64,000 bases of DNA from the human T2T-CHM13v2.0 reference genome, Homo sapiens. Position numbers and translations under genes: made by a program. Below the pieces are notes generated by a model. That model was not told the DNA's origin. It was given only the letters and a program-made list of their open reading frames with translations, and made no database searches. Positions 1-12,680 of this stretch are shown here, piece after piece. The stretch is taken from assembly GCF_009914755.1 (NCBI RefSeq), contig NC_060942.1, one strand, 5' to 3'. Every line of letters starts with the position of its first letter. The stretch's first letter is position 1.

Positions 1-388
1 ACAATGAAACACTGGAGCTTGAGAAAAGACTGGTGGCCCTGGGCTGCTTGTGGTGAAGGAAAAGAGAGAAATCCCCAATTCCAGTGGTCTAAATGCCTAT
101 GATGGTGAGTCTGGAGTGCATTTTGTGGCTGGGGTTTCAGTAAAGACAGACGTGGCTCTAGAATTCTTAAAAAGCGAAATGATCATCTTCCTGTCTTTCA
201 TACCCAGTAGACTCTGACTACAAGAGAGGAAAATACAGCATCATTGGTAATCAACCTTATTCCCCATCTACCTTTCTTCTTCACGTAGGAATTTGCAAGT
301 TGTCAGTCACAGAACTTTAGGGTTCATTAGGGTTAAATAAATAACAGTTTAAATTGCTTGGTGTTTTTATAACATTTAAAGATTATTT

Positions 389-771
389 TGATGGCAGGAC
401 ACAACACCCTGACAGATAAAAGATGGAACTCTTCTTCATTACATTCAGCTCCAAAGGACAGAAGGCTGCAGTGGCATCACACAGAGGTTGCCCCAGGAGC
501 AGTTGACAGCAGGCTGGCGCTGTGGGGGCAGCTTATGCGTAGCAAGCCTGTGGGGTGAGCTAGGTTTCCCAGCCTTCCTGTGGATTGGCTAATTTAAATC
601 ATTTTGCTGTCTTCAGTTGTCTGTTTCCTGGCCCTGGGGTGATTAGGGCTGATGCATAGTGGACCTGGAGGGCTAGAGCCCAATAAAGAATGTGGTTGGG
701 GGTGTGAACTTTGCCGCTGAAGAAGGGAATGGAGCCTTTAGCCAGGACCTCAAAACTGGGTCAAGACAGCA
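389..771 (-). mobile_element. Solo LTR, probably ERVL class (MER54/MER73/MER74-like group)
   Basis: TG...CA-bounded ~380-bp GC-richer block. The minus strand begins TGCTGTCTTGACCCAGTTTTGAGG, resembling old ERVL LTR starts. Family not certain. Confidence 0.5.
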
Positions 772-3700
772 TTTAAGAAAATGTATTATGCCCAGCTAAA
801 GCAATTGCCAATCAAGGAATTTAAGATACTTTCATCTTTAACTTGAATAACATACATAGCTAAAACTGAGTTTTGATACGAATTAGACAGCATTATATAT
901 CTATTTGTACTATACAATCACATAGTTCCATTTAGGTTAGAAATTGTGGAGCGACTATGCTTTTGCTAGTTTTTCTCAAGCTACATTGGCCCCTTTATAA
1001 GTGACATGGCATGCTATTGGTCATGGATCAATATGCCCTGCTCTCTCCACAGGTTTCAGGTTAAGCACTAATGCATTCTAATAGTCAATTATTATTTTTT
1101 TAAGATGACTTCTCACCAAATTCTCACACATGAAATTTCTGAAGCAGAAATCCAACATGAGGAATTCCTTAGGGCAGATTTCAGCGCCAATCAAATGTTA
1201 TCGGGAACCATCATGAGTCACTCTTTCTGCTAAGTGAGTGTCAAAAACTGACGTCTTTGGCTTACTGTGAAAAGTTTCTGTCTGTAATAGTTGTGAATTA
1301 TAATTCATCAAAACTCATGCTTACAAGTTAAAATGTTCAAATAATATTTCATTTCAAATACAGTGTCTAACAGGTGTTCAAAGTGACACTTGAGTACCGC
1401 TTTTTACGAGGCTCTGTAGATTGTGGCATCTGGTAATATATTATTTGTAATTTCAATTTCTCAGTGGCATACTTGGAAAGTATCTGAGTGACTGTCTTCA
1501 GATGAACACGGCCCTTGTGTCAAAATAAAAGTCCAGGCTCTAGAAAATTACAAGATTATGAAGCTCTTTATACAAAACTAGGATCTGCCTGATTTTTTGC
1601 AATGCAAATAAAGGAAGCAATCTTAGTGTAATTCATCTGTGTTTGAAATCCCCTTGCACTGCAGTAAAGTGTTCTTTAATTGGCTGGTAAATCATTCTAT
1701 GATCAGTCTAGCAAATTGTTTTTCTCCTTTTTTCTGTGCTGACTCTGGGGAGCACTGGGCTGTTTTATGGTGACTATTGTTTTAGTCTTCTTTTCAAATG
1801 AACTGCTGTAACCCCTGTATCAGATAAACAGGTCCAAAAGGAGAAGCATTAAGTCCAGGTGTAATAATTCAAATACTCCTAGAATTAAGTAAATATAACA
1901 CTCCTACCCCAGTATTATTGAATTTGAGACTTCTTATTAGCAACTGAAAGAGTCAAGCTTTGTGAAAGTCTGCTTCCCCCAAGATAAATTTGAACATAGC
2001 ATGTTTGCTAATAACTAGGTTGGGGTTTACAGTGTTTCCTCAGGCCAGGCCTGGGGCTACACTGTACCAACACAACAGCAAATCTGGCCAACTGTGTAAA
2101 AACAAGCTGCAGTACAATGATAAAACAGTTCAAAAAGATAGTAGATTTTAAGTCTTCAAAAAATTTTTTTGTATTATTTGGAAGTGATGGCTGATATCTG
2201 TATCATTTGGAAATTATAGCTGATATTTTTCTAAAGATCAAGGTTGGGGTAAAATCATGAAGTTTAATTTTGTCTTAACTTCTCTTTCCATTTTCATCCT
2301 GTTCTTTCTTTGTTGATATTTTTAACCATCTCTCATTTAGGTTTTCCTCTATGTGTCTTTCTAGAATGACTTTGTTCTCAACCCATCATGAATTAATTCT
2401 TCTAATTGTGGCATTAATTAAAAGCAGTCTTTTTGAAGATTGTGAAAATTCCCAAGCCTTCCAGGCCCAAAGAATTTTATCTTAGAGTACACCTTTCAGG
2501 GATTTAAATTTGGGCACAGAAGCCCTCAAATCATATTATTTAAGCAACTTCTATTTGGCGTGCCTGGAAGGGAAATTCAGATCTTCAGTTTGTGCTGTTC
2601 ATCTGTTTCTTTCCTCAACGCTAGCTCTGTTACCATGCACATAGCTGTTTCCAAATCATTGAAAATTCATTTTTCCAAAGCTACATCTAATATACTAATA
2701 ATATAATGTTACCAAATGAATCAGATCTGGTATACCTTATTGCTTAATATTTCAAGCCCCTCACACCTTTTATATGCTGCTGCTGTAAAGTCATTCTCTT
2801 TGTTAATTTTATACGGACCATTTGAATAACTGCTGTGCTATGGGAGCTGTTGGTATGAATGAAGCATCATAAAATTTTACTGTATTTTTTATTGCATAAC
2901 TGTTATACCAATAAACATATTGAAAGGAAGCTATCGGTGTTTAACATGTAGCAAATTCTCAGCATAATGTTATTTGAAACCTTCATTTAATGCATGGCTA
3001 AACCTTGTTTCATAGATGCACTTGAGTTGAATGAGAACCAGCTCAATATTACTTACGGTAACAAAAATGCCTTAATAGAAGAGAGATGTTCAATGTATGA
3101 TTTGCTCTCGTATCTGTCATTGAAATGGAAATAACAGGTTCATGCATAAAAACAGAAGAAGGGAAAGCATAGCAGGGCTATAGAAATGTAATCACATTAA
3201 AATGCATATTACTTTGATATTTTAAATAGATCATGTTAAGTTTATCTTTCCTCTGCCTGACACAATTCACTAAAATAAGAAAGATAGCATACGTATGGTT
3301 CAGAGGCCATGATTAATTAGGCAATATCCTGAATGGCTCTGGGATCGCTGCTCTCAGATAATTTTGATTGTTGATCTTTTGCAGTGGTAGTAAGTGCAGT
3401 GCAATTAAATGATTCATATCCCACATTTAAAAATCTTTACATTTCATAGGATTGCGTATTGAGAGAGGCATGGAGATTTAATCACACCAATCTCAATAAT
3501 GCTAATGACAAATGGGAAAGTCACAGCCAAAGTGACACAGCCAATGATTCTTCACCAAAGTAGATGTGATGCATATCCATTTACCTTTATAAAATATTTC
3601 CTTTGCTACTCTCAATTTGAATATTCCATACAAATATATGTTTTAAAATTTGGAAGCACTGATTAATTTCAAGAAATTTGTGGAGCATTTTGAGGTGTTT

Positions 3701-4506
3701 GTATAAGTCTGACTATATACATAGACATACATATACACATTTATAAACAGAGAAGAAAAGTGGAATCTGGAATATTTGATCCAGGTTTTTTTGCGTGTTT
3801 TTCTCTCTTACTTAATCAGACACTTTTCTGGAATGTGGAAATTTGTCTGGAGGTTTGACTAATGATCAAATATTCCAGATTTTCACTTCCTGAGGAACAC
3901 ATAGAATCTCCAAAATGTTACCTGCATTCTTTGTGAGTAATGTGGTACAGTCTGCTTTGCTGTGGTTTGAGGAATGGAAACTTTGCAAAGAAAAAAATAT
4001 TCTAGATATCAAAGCCTGACTCAGAAGTCATAGGAGCAGTTCAAAAAAAAGGACTTCTTTGTATTTATGGCTAATTCAGTTTTTGGAAACATCTAGCTAT
4101 TAATAAACATGGATGTTTTAAAGGATAGTGAATAACATCCCATTCCTTCTCTTCCCATCTAAGCCCAGAGCCTACTGGGTTGAAGATTTAAGAGTCAGGT
4201 AAGAGTCAAGCTCAAAATATCGTCTATGGTAGAGATAAAGGTGGAAGATGTGGTTTGAATTTGATGCGGTCACACAGATATTCTGATAATGCTTCCACTA
4301 ATGTAAACTCATGCACTTAGTCACAGGAGAGCTACTACAGGGCCTTACCTGGCCTAATGTCTTCCATATGAAGTAGCTGAGACTTTGTTCAAAGGGTTTT
4401 GGTCTAAAACTTAAAATCAAATTTAATTTTTAAAACTTACAACTTGTTTTTGTTGGGGAATAAAATGATGAGGTGTAAAACTGGCAATGAAAATCATTAG
4501 TATTTT

Positions 4507-7278
4507 GTAGAAAATCTAGAGGAAATAGATAAATCTCTGAAAACATACAGCCTTCCAAGACTGAATCAGGAAGAGAAATTAAAACCGTGAACAGAACAAT
4601 ATTGAGGTCTTAAATGGAATCAGTAATAAAAAATCCATCAACGAAAAGAGACGTGGACCAGACAGATTCACAGCTGAAGTTTACCAGATGTACAATGAAG
4701 AGGGAATACCAATCCTACTAAAACTATTCCCAAAATTTGGGAAGGGACTCCTCCGTAACTCATTCTATGAAGCCAGCATCATTCTGGTATCAAGGTCTGG
4801 CAAAGACACAATAAGAAAGAAAACCACAGGCCAATATTCCTGATGAATACAGATGTAATAATTCTCAACAGAAAAACTAGAAAATCAAGTCCAGCAGCAC
4901 ATCTAAAAGTTAATTTACCCTGATCATGTAGCCTGTATTCTTGGGATGAAGAATTGTTCCAACGTGTGCAAATCAATAAATGTGATTCATCACATAACAA
5001 AATTAAAAACAAAAATCGCATGATCATCTCAATAGACACAGAAAAAGTTTTTAATAAAATCTAACATCGCTTCATGATCAAAAACCCTCAACAAATTAGG
5101 CATAAAAGGAGCATACCTCAAAATAATAAAAGCTATCTATTACAAATCCACAACTAACATCATACAGAACCGGCAGAGCTAGAAGCATTCCCCTTAATAA
5201 CTGGAACAAGACAAAAATACCCACTCTCACTACTCCTATTCAATGTAGTACTGGAAGTCCTAGCTAGAGCAATCAGGCAATAAAAGGAAACAAAAGACAT
5301 TCAAATAATTAAAGAAAATGTTAAATTATCTCTCTTCATTGATGATATGATTGTATACCTAGAAAACCTCTGACTCTGCAAAAGGCTCTAAAACTGAAAA
5401 CAACTTCGGTAGTTTCAGTATACAAAATCAATATTCAAAAATTAGTAGCAATTCTATACACCAGTAATGGTCGAGCTGAGAGTTAAATCAAGAATGCAAT
5501 ACCATTTACAGTAGCCACAATGAAAAATAAAATACCTAGGGATATAACTAACCACAGAGGTAAAAGTTCTCTATAAGGAGAAGTAAACACTCCTGAAAGA
5601 AATCAGAGATGACACATGCAGTGGAAAAATATTCCATGCTCGTGGATTCAAAGAATCAATACTGTCAAAATGGCCATACTGCCCAAAGCAATGTAGAGAT
5701 TCAACATTATTCCTATCAAACTACCAATGTCATTTCTCATATAAATGGAAAACACTATTCTAAAATTCATATGGAACCAAAAAAGAGCCTGAATGACCAA
5801 AGCAATCCTAAGCAAAAAGAACAAAACTGAAAGTATCACACTACCTGACTTCAAACTATATTACAAGGCTATAGTAACAACAACAACAACAACAAAAAAG
5901 CATGGTGTTGGTACAAAAACAGACACATGCACCAATGGAGCAGCATAGACAACTCGGAAATAAAGCTTCGTGCCTACAACTATCTTATCTTCAACAAAGT
6001 CGACAAAAACAAGCAGTGAGGAAAAGACTTGCTATTCAATAAAAGGTGCTGGCATAACTGGCTAGCCATATGCAGAAGAATAAAACTAGACCCATATCTT
6101 TCACCATATATAAAAATTAACTCAAAATGGGTTAAATACTTAATTGTAAGACCAAAAACTATAAAAATCCTAGAAGAAAATCTAGGAAATATCACTGTCA
6201 ACATGGGCTTTGGCAAATAATTTATGACTAATCCTGAAAAGCAAATGCAACAACAACAGAAAAATTAAAAGTGAGACCTAATTAAGGAACTTTTACACAG
6301 CAAAAGTAACTTTCAGCAGATTAAAACAGATAACTACAGAATAGACAGAATATTTACAAACTATGCATCTGTCAAAGGTCATATATCCAGAACCTATAAA
6401 GAAGTTAAATAATTGAACAAGTGAAAAACGACCTCATTTAAATATAGGCAAAAGACATGAACAGACACTTCTCAAAAGAATACTTACAAATAGCCAAAAA
6501 ACAGGAAAAATGATCAACAGCATGAATCACTAGAGAAATGCGAATCACAGCTACAATGAGATACCATGTAACACCAGTCAGACTCTGTTATTAAAGAACA
6601 AACAAATAACAGATGTTGACAAGGTTGTGGAGGAAAGGGAATGCATATACAGTGTTGGTAGGAACCTGAGTTCAGTCATTGTGAAAAGCAGTTTGGAGAT
6701 TTCTTGGCAAACTTTAAACAGAATTACCATTTTACCCAGCAATCCCATTATTGGGTACATACCCAAAGGAATATAAGTTGTTTTACCAAAAAGACACCTG
6801 CCCTCATACGTTCATCGCAGCACTATTCACAACAGCAAAGACATGAAATCAATCTAGATGCCCATCAATGGTAGATTGGACAAAGGAAATGTGGTACATA
6901 TACACCATGGAATACTACGAAGCTATACAAGAAGACAAAACCATGTCCTTTGCAGCAACATGGATGCAGCTGGAGGCCAGCATCCTAAGCAAATTAACAC
7001 AGAAATAGACAAATAACACGTTCTCACTTATAAGTGGGAGCTAAACATTAAGTACACATGGATATAAAGATAAGAACAATAGATATTGAATGCTACTAGA
7101 GTGGGAAGAAAGGGAAGGGGACGAGGGCTGGAAAACAACCTGTCAGGCACTATGCTCACAAGCTGGGTGATGTGACGGTATCATTCGTACCTCAAACATC
7201 AGTGTTGTGAAATATACCCATGTAACAAACCTACACATGTACTGCCTGAACCTAAAATAAAAGCTGAAATTTAAAAAC
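4507..7278 (+). mobile_element. 5'-truncated LINE-1, old primate subfamily (L1PA16/L1PA17/L1PB4-like); degenerate ORF2 RT/C-terminus plus 3' UTR
   Basis: Continuous L1 ORF2 similarity (ORF 6029-6220 [23 protein letters not shown]). 3' end reads ...acatgtactgcctgaacctaaaataaaag. Diverged TSD aaatcattagtatttt (4491-4506) / aaaccattagtacttt (7279-7294). Confidence 0.93.
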
Positions 7279-8777
7279 AAACCATTAGTACTTTTTATTC
7301 AAAATGCATTTTACAAAATAACAGATTATATCAATGTATTGTAATTTTAAGGGAAATTTCTTCCAATTTTACTTTAAAATATATTTGATTTAGGATGCAG
7401 AAGAAAATAATACTTTGTGTTTACATTATATATTTTCACTTTACAGCACCCACTAATTCTAAAAGTTTGCATTTCTTTCCTTGAATTTTCTAGGTATATT
7501 ATTTGCACACACTGATGTTTGTTTGTTTGTTTCTACTTGCCTATATCTCAACTGTTTGGCATACTTATGTTTATAATTTGCTGGTCAACTTTCTTCTTTG
7601 AGCACATATCTTGAAATATTTCTATGTATCTTAAATGTGAAGAGAATAAAAATTATATTTTAAAAGGTACCATATATTTTGATATATGTTGATTGAAGTT
7701 AATGTATTTTTCGGGAAATCAAAAAAGTTATTTTAGTCTCCTCATAGTCTACATACTTTTCATTCTTTTACATGTTAAGATATTTTTATTCAGCTACATT
7801 GAAATATTAGACATTTCTATCTATTTTTATATTTTATTAATGATATATAAGGCCTTATTTCATCATAAAAATCCTCTACCTAAAGCCAAAACTGTGTGTT
7901 AAAAATTACAAATACTAATATTTATCTTTAAGTTACAAATATAATCAATTATTGTACTGTCATATTTCCATGAAAGTAAAAAAAAATCATATTGACTCTT
8001 TGAAGTCAATTGAAATTGAGAATATTTTTACATATCTTCATATAACATCTTTTAACATGCATTAATGTTAAAAATAAAGCATTAATATTTGGGAAAGAAT
8101 ATGTTTATAAATTAGAAAAATTATTCAGATAAATGTTTTGGAAACTGCATCTTTATCTCATTTATACATTTGACACCATCTTCCTACTAACAGAGCTGCT
8201 GTGAACCATGAGCCTTGAAAAATGTTACTTTTCGTATCTGCACTGTCTCACATACAACACTAATTGAAAAGCTGCTCTCAGAAATCTTCACGTAACATAA
8301 ACCTGTTATTTCAGATTTTGCATAAATTTTATCTTTTCAGAAAAGCTAGTCTAACACCCATAATAGGATTTTTTCTGCTTTTTTTTCCCTCCTCTTATTT
8401 TCTTTCTATTAGGAATATATTAAAGAATAATAGTATTAGATTTCTTAAAGTCTTACTTTATTACCTAGGATTTTTGAAAAGTAGTTATAATGGTGACTAA
8501 TAGTTATGGAGCATGGGTTTATGCAAGATCCATAGGTCATTTAGTCTCCCCCTCCTGGGAAAGAATTACTACCTACACAGAAGGAGTAGGTGGAGGGGCA
8601 GGATTTGAGAGGAAAACTCAATCCTAGGTTCAACTGGCTTTGGGGCCTAGGCTCTTACACACAGCATTCTCTGCTAACTGCAAAAGGAACACAGAACAAA
8701 GCAACACACATCTGTGAACTTTTTCCTTAAGCTTTTGCTTTTTGATTTTTGTTTTCCAAATTCACATATATTTATAT

Positions 8778-9220
8778 ATTTTTAATTGACTTTGTACCTT
8801 ATATATTTATAAATGTATTTATATTTATATGTATTGACATTCTAACTTATATATTTATAAATTTAGAACATCAATAAACATAAATATAAATATATTTTAA
8901 ATACATAAGGTAGAAAATGTTGTTTTGATCTATGTACACATTGTAGAAAGATTAAATTGTGCTAATGAACACACCTAGCACCTCACTTAACAGTTTTTTG
9001 TGGTCAGAAAGTTTAAAATCTACTTTTTAGCAATTTTGAAATCCACAGTACGTTACTATTGTGTGTGGTTACCACACAGTGCAATAGATCACTGCAACTA
9101 AGTCCTTCTGTCTGAGTCTTTGTACCCTTGGACCAACATCTTTATTTTCCCAATCCACTCCCCCATCCCAGCCTCTGGTAACTATCATTCTACATTCCTG
9201 TAAGTTTGACTTTTTGATTT
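8778..9220 (-). mobile_element. L1MA 3'-end fragment
   Basis: Antisense L1MA 3' UTR motifs: gttttgatctatgtacacattg, aaaatctact...agcaattttgaaat, ccagcctctggtaactatcattcta. Confidence 0.8.
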
Positions 9221-11418
9221 TTGTGCTTTAATTTAAAAGAGTGATGGTTCTCATGTATTGAAATGATTTGGCAATATCTCTACTCATTTAATATTTTGTA
9301 AGTGAGCAGGGTAATAAAGTCATTTTAAATGTCCTTTTTAAATGTCCTTATTACAAGGAAAATGTTATGTTGTCATTGACATTCCCACTTTTATTTATAC
9401 CTTTAATATGACCAACTAGTAAACTTTGCAAATGTTTTTGTAAATAACAACTAAATTTGACTTTTGAATATGGAAGAAAAATATGCATTATTTTCTCCTG
9501 TTGAATGAACTTGTTAAATAATTATTAAACTAAATTTTGTAATAAAATATTTAGAAGATAATATTATGCTTCTTGCCCACATAGTTTTAATATTTATTAT
9601 TTATTTATCGATCCACTGCTTCATTTTTGCCACTCTATTGGCAGAGAAAGAAAATTAATATTGATAAATACATAATACTTCCCATACAGTTATTTGGATA
9701 GTACTTATCTTTCTTGGGACACAGTACCCACTGCTAGTTAATCTTCCTGAAAATCTCTAATAAAGACACTACGAGTTTATTTTTTAAAATCACTCTAACC
9801 CAGAGATCTTTCTTTAAAAATACCTTATTTACAATATTTACATTTCAAAGTTTTGTCACAATAATTAAATGGTAAAATATTTTGAAATATATTGGCTTGG
9901 AGAACAGATAGTAGATTGGTAGAGAGATGGGTGAGTAGAGATATATAGGTACGAGGTACACTCAGTGAATGAGTGAATTGTAACACTTTGCCACTAAACA
10001 GACGTGACCCTAATATTGACATCCTGGGTCCTAAATTTACCACCTGTGTGACTGACCACATCAAATTGATAACTTTCTTATGGGAATAGTGTATATTATA
10101 AAAATCAAGTAAATGTGCAAAGCCTGTAGGCTATGATTTTTTTCCAGAGTAAGCTTTATATACTTATTCTATAATATTATACTATCATTACTAATTCAAT
10201 TTCACAGAATTAATGTGAGGATAAAGTAATATACTTTATACAAAAAGACTGAAGCCATGGCTGGCCCGTAACACATCCAACTTTGTTCCTCAAAACCCCT
10301 ATCATTACCCTCCTCTGAGGGTGATTTACTTAGTAATTACATGGTAATTTACTTAGTAATTACAACATGTGGAATGAAAACCGTAAAATGTGCTTTGGAG
10401 ATTCTCAGTAACAAAGATGTTACAATAATGTTTACTATAGGAATAAAGACATTAAAATGACTTTTAGATGAAAAGGTAGACCTATCAATGTGATAGGTCA
10501 AATTATACTTGTAAAAACAATGCTGAATACAAGCACCGTATTTCCCAGGGAAATCACTCCTTCCTCTTTGGCCGAAAGCCAAGTTCAGAAAGTGTCTTAC
10601 CGGGAGGGAGTCCTGTCCTCCACCATATTTGCCAGGACATCACTCCCTCCTCCTCAAGACACTTCCTGAACCGGGCTTTTGGCATACTATGCCCTTCTTA
10701 TCTTCTTCCCTGGCTGTTCTCTTAATTTCCTTTGATGGTAATTTAGAGGCACCCACATCTATGATGTTGGAGTGTTCCTAGGCTCACTGGTCTGACCCGT
10801 CTCAACCATTCCTTGGGTGAAATAACGTAGTCTAATGGCTTCAAAATCTCCCTGCTGAACATCCAAAGTGTATGCCTTCAGATTACACCAACTTTCTGTT
10901 AAAAGTAGACGTCTGTACCCTATTCAGTTGCTATTTCTTTTTATAATTCGAATGGTTATATGTCAATTTGAACACTTGATCTTCCTGGACTTCCAAAATC
11001 TGGAACTTTCCTAGTTCAATCTGAATCTTCCCTAGTTCAATAAATGGTAACTCGTTTCCAGACCTAAACTCTTCCAGACCTGTTTCTCAGACCTAAACTC
11101 CTATCATTCGTGACTCATCTCTTCCTTTTATAAGCCATATGTAACCTATCGTCCAACTTGCTTTCAAAAAATACCCAGAACTGGCTAGTTTCCTTCACTC
11201 TTCAATGTCAGCTCTGAACCAAATCACCTTCGTTTATCATTTGGATGAATGCAGTGTCCAGCTGCCTAGTCTTTCTGCTTCTGCTCTTAACTCCTGTTAT
11301 ATTTCCCAAAGAACAGCCCAACTGGTTCTTTTAAAACAGAAGTCAGGCGGTGCTGTTTCTGTCCCAGAGTGTTCATAGCTTTTCTATTTCATTCAGAATA
11401 AAGATCAAGAATCTATGC

Positions 11419-11999
<581 letters not shown>

Positions 12000-12499
12000 C
12001 ACTGACAGGCACTCAGACTCTTCTGTTTCCAGTCTCCCACTTGCTTACTCTGGTCACACCGACCTCCTTGCTGCTCTTCAAGCATTGCAGACTTTCAGGG
12101 TCTCTGAACTCGCCAGGGTCTAGCTGCTCCCTCAGACTAGGATTCATTTGCTGCCCATATTTTTTATGGTGCATTCCATCTGCATCTTCTGCTTCATCAG
12201 AGTTTTTTTCAAATATCACTTCCACACTGAGGTCCTCCAAGGCCACCTCATTTAAAACTGCAAGTTTCATTTTTAATAGTTGTCTTTACTGTGGGAAAAT
12301 AAATTACAGATGTCATTCATCTGAACCAGTGTATAAAAAAATAGTATCAGAATGTTAGGTTGAATAAAAAGAGTCTCTATAATTAAGAATATCCTCATCT
12401 GAATTATTTAAGAATTAAGAATTATTCTAAAGAATTAAAAATTACTAAGACTGTATGTATGTGTGTGTTTGTGTTTATACAGGTTTGCAGGTTTGTATT

Positions 12500-12680
12500 A
12501 GTTTCTGAAATTCAGGACTGTTGGTATTGTGGGTTAGAGAATCCTTTGTTGTGGGAGGCTGTACTGCAGGATGTTCAGTTGTGTTCCTGGTCACCAGTAT
12601 CTACCCCACTGAAACAGCTAACGTCTCCAGCAATTGCTAGATGCTCCTTAGGGAGCAAAATTCTCTTGATAGAAACAGGT
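12500..12680 (-). mobile_element. MER20 (hAT-Charlie)
   Basis: ctttgttgtgggaggctgt...aggatgtt...gtctccagcaattgctagatg..ccttagggagcaaaatt matches the MER20 reverse complement. Confidence 0.7.

Noticed and set aside
1036-1066. Strong acceptor ctctctccacAG followed by GTTTCAG|GTTAAG
   Set aside because: Donors are weak and no exon partner or reading frame is supportable.
4779-6766. Cluster of ORFs on both strands
   Set aside because: Frameshifted L1 ORF2 remnants and their antisense frames.
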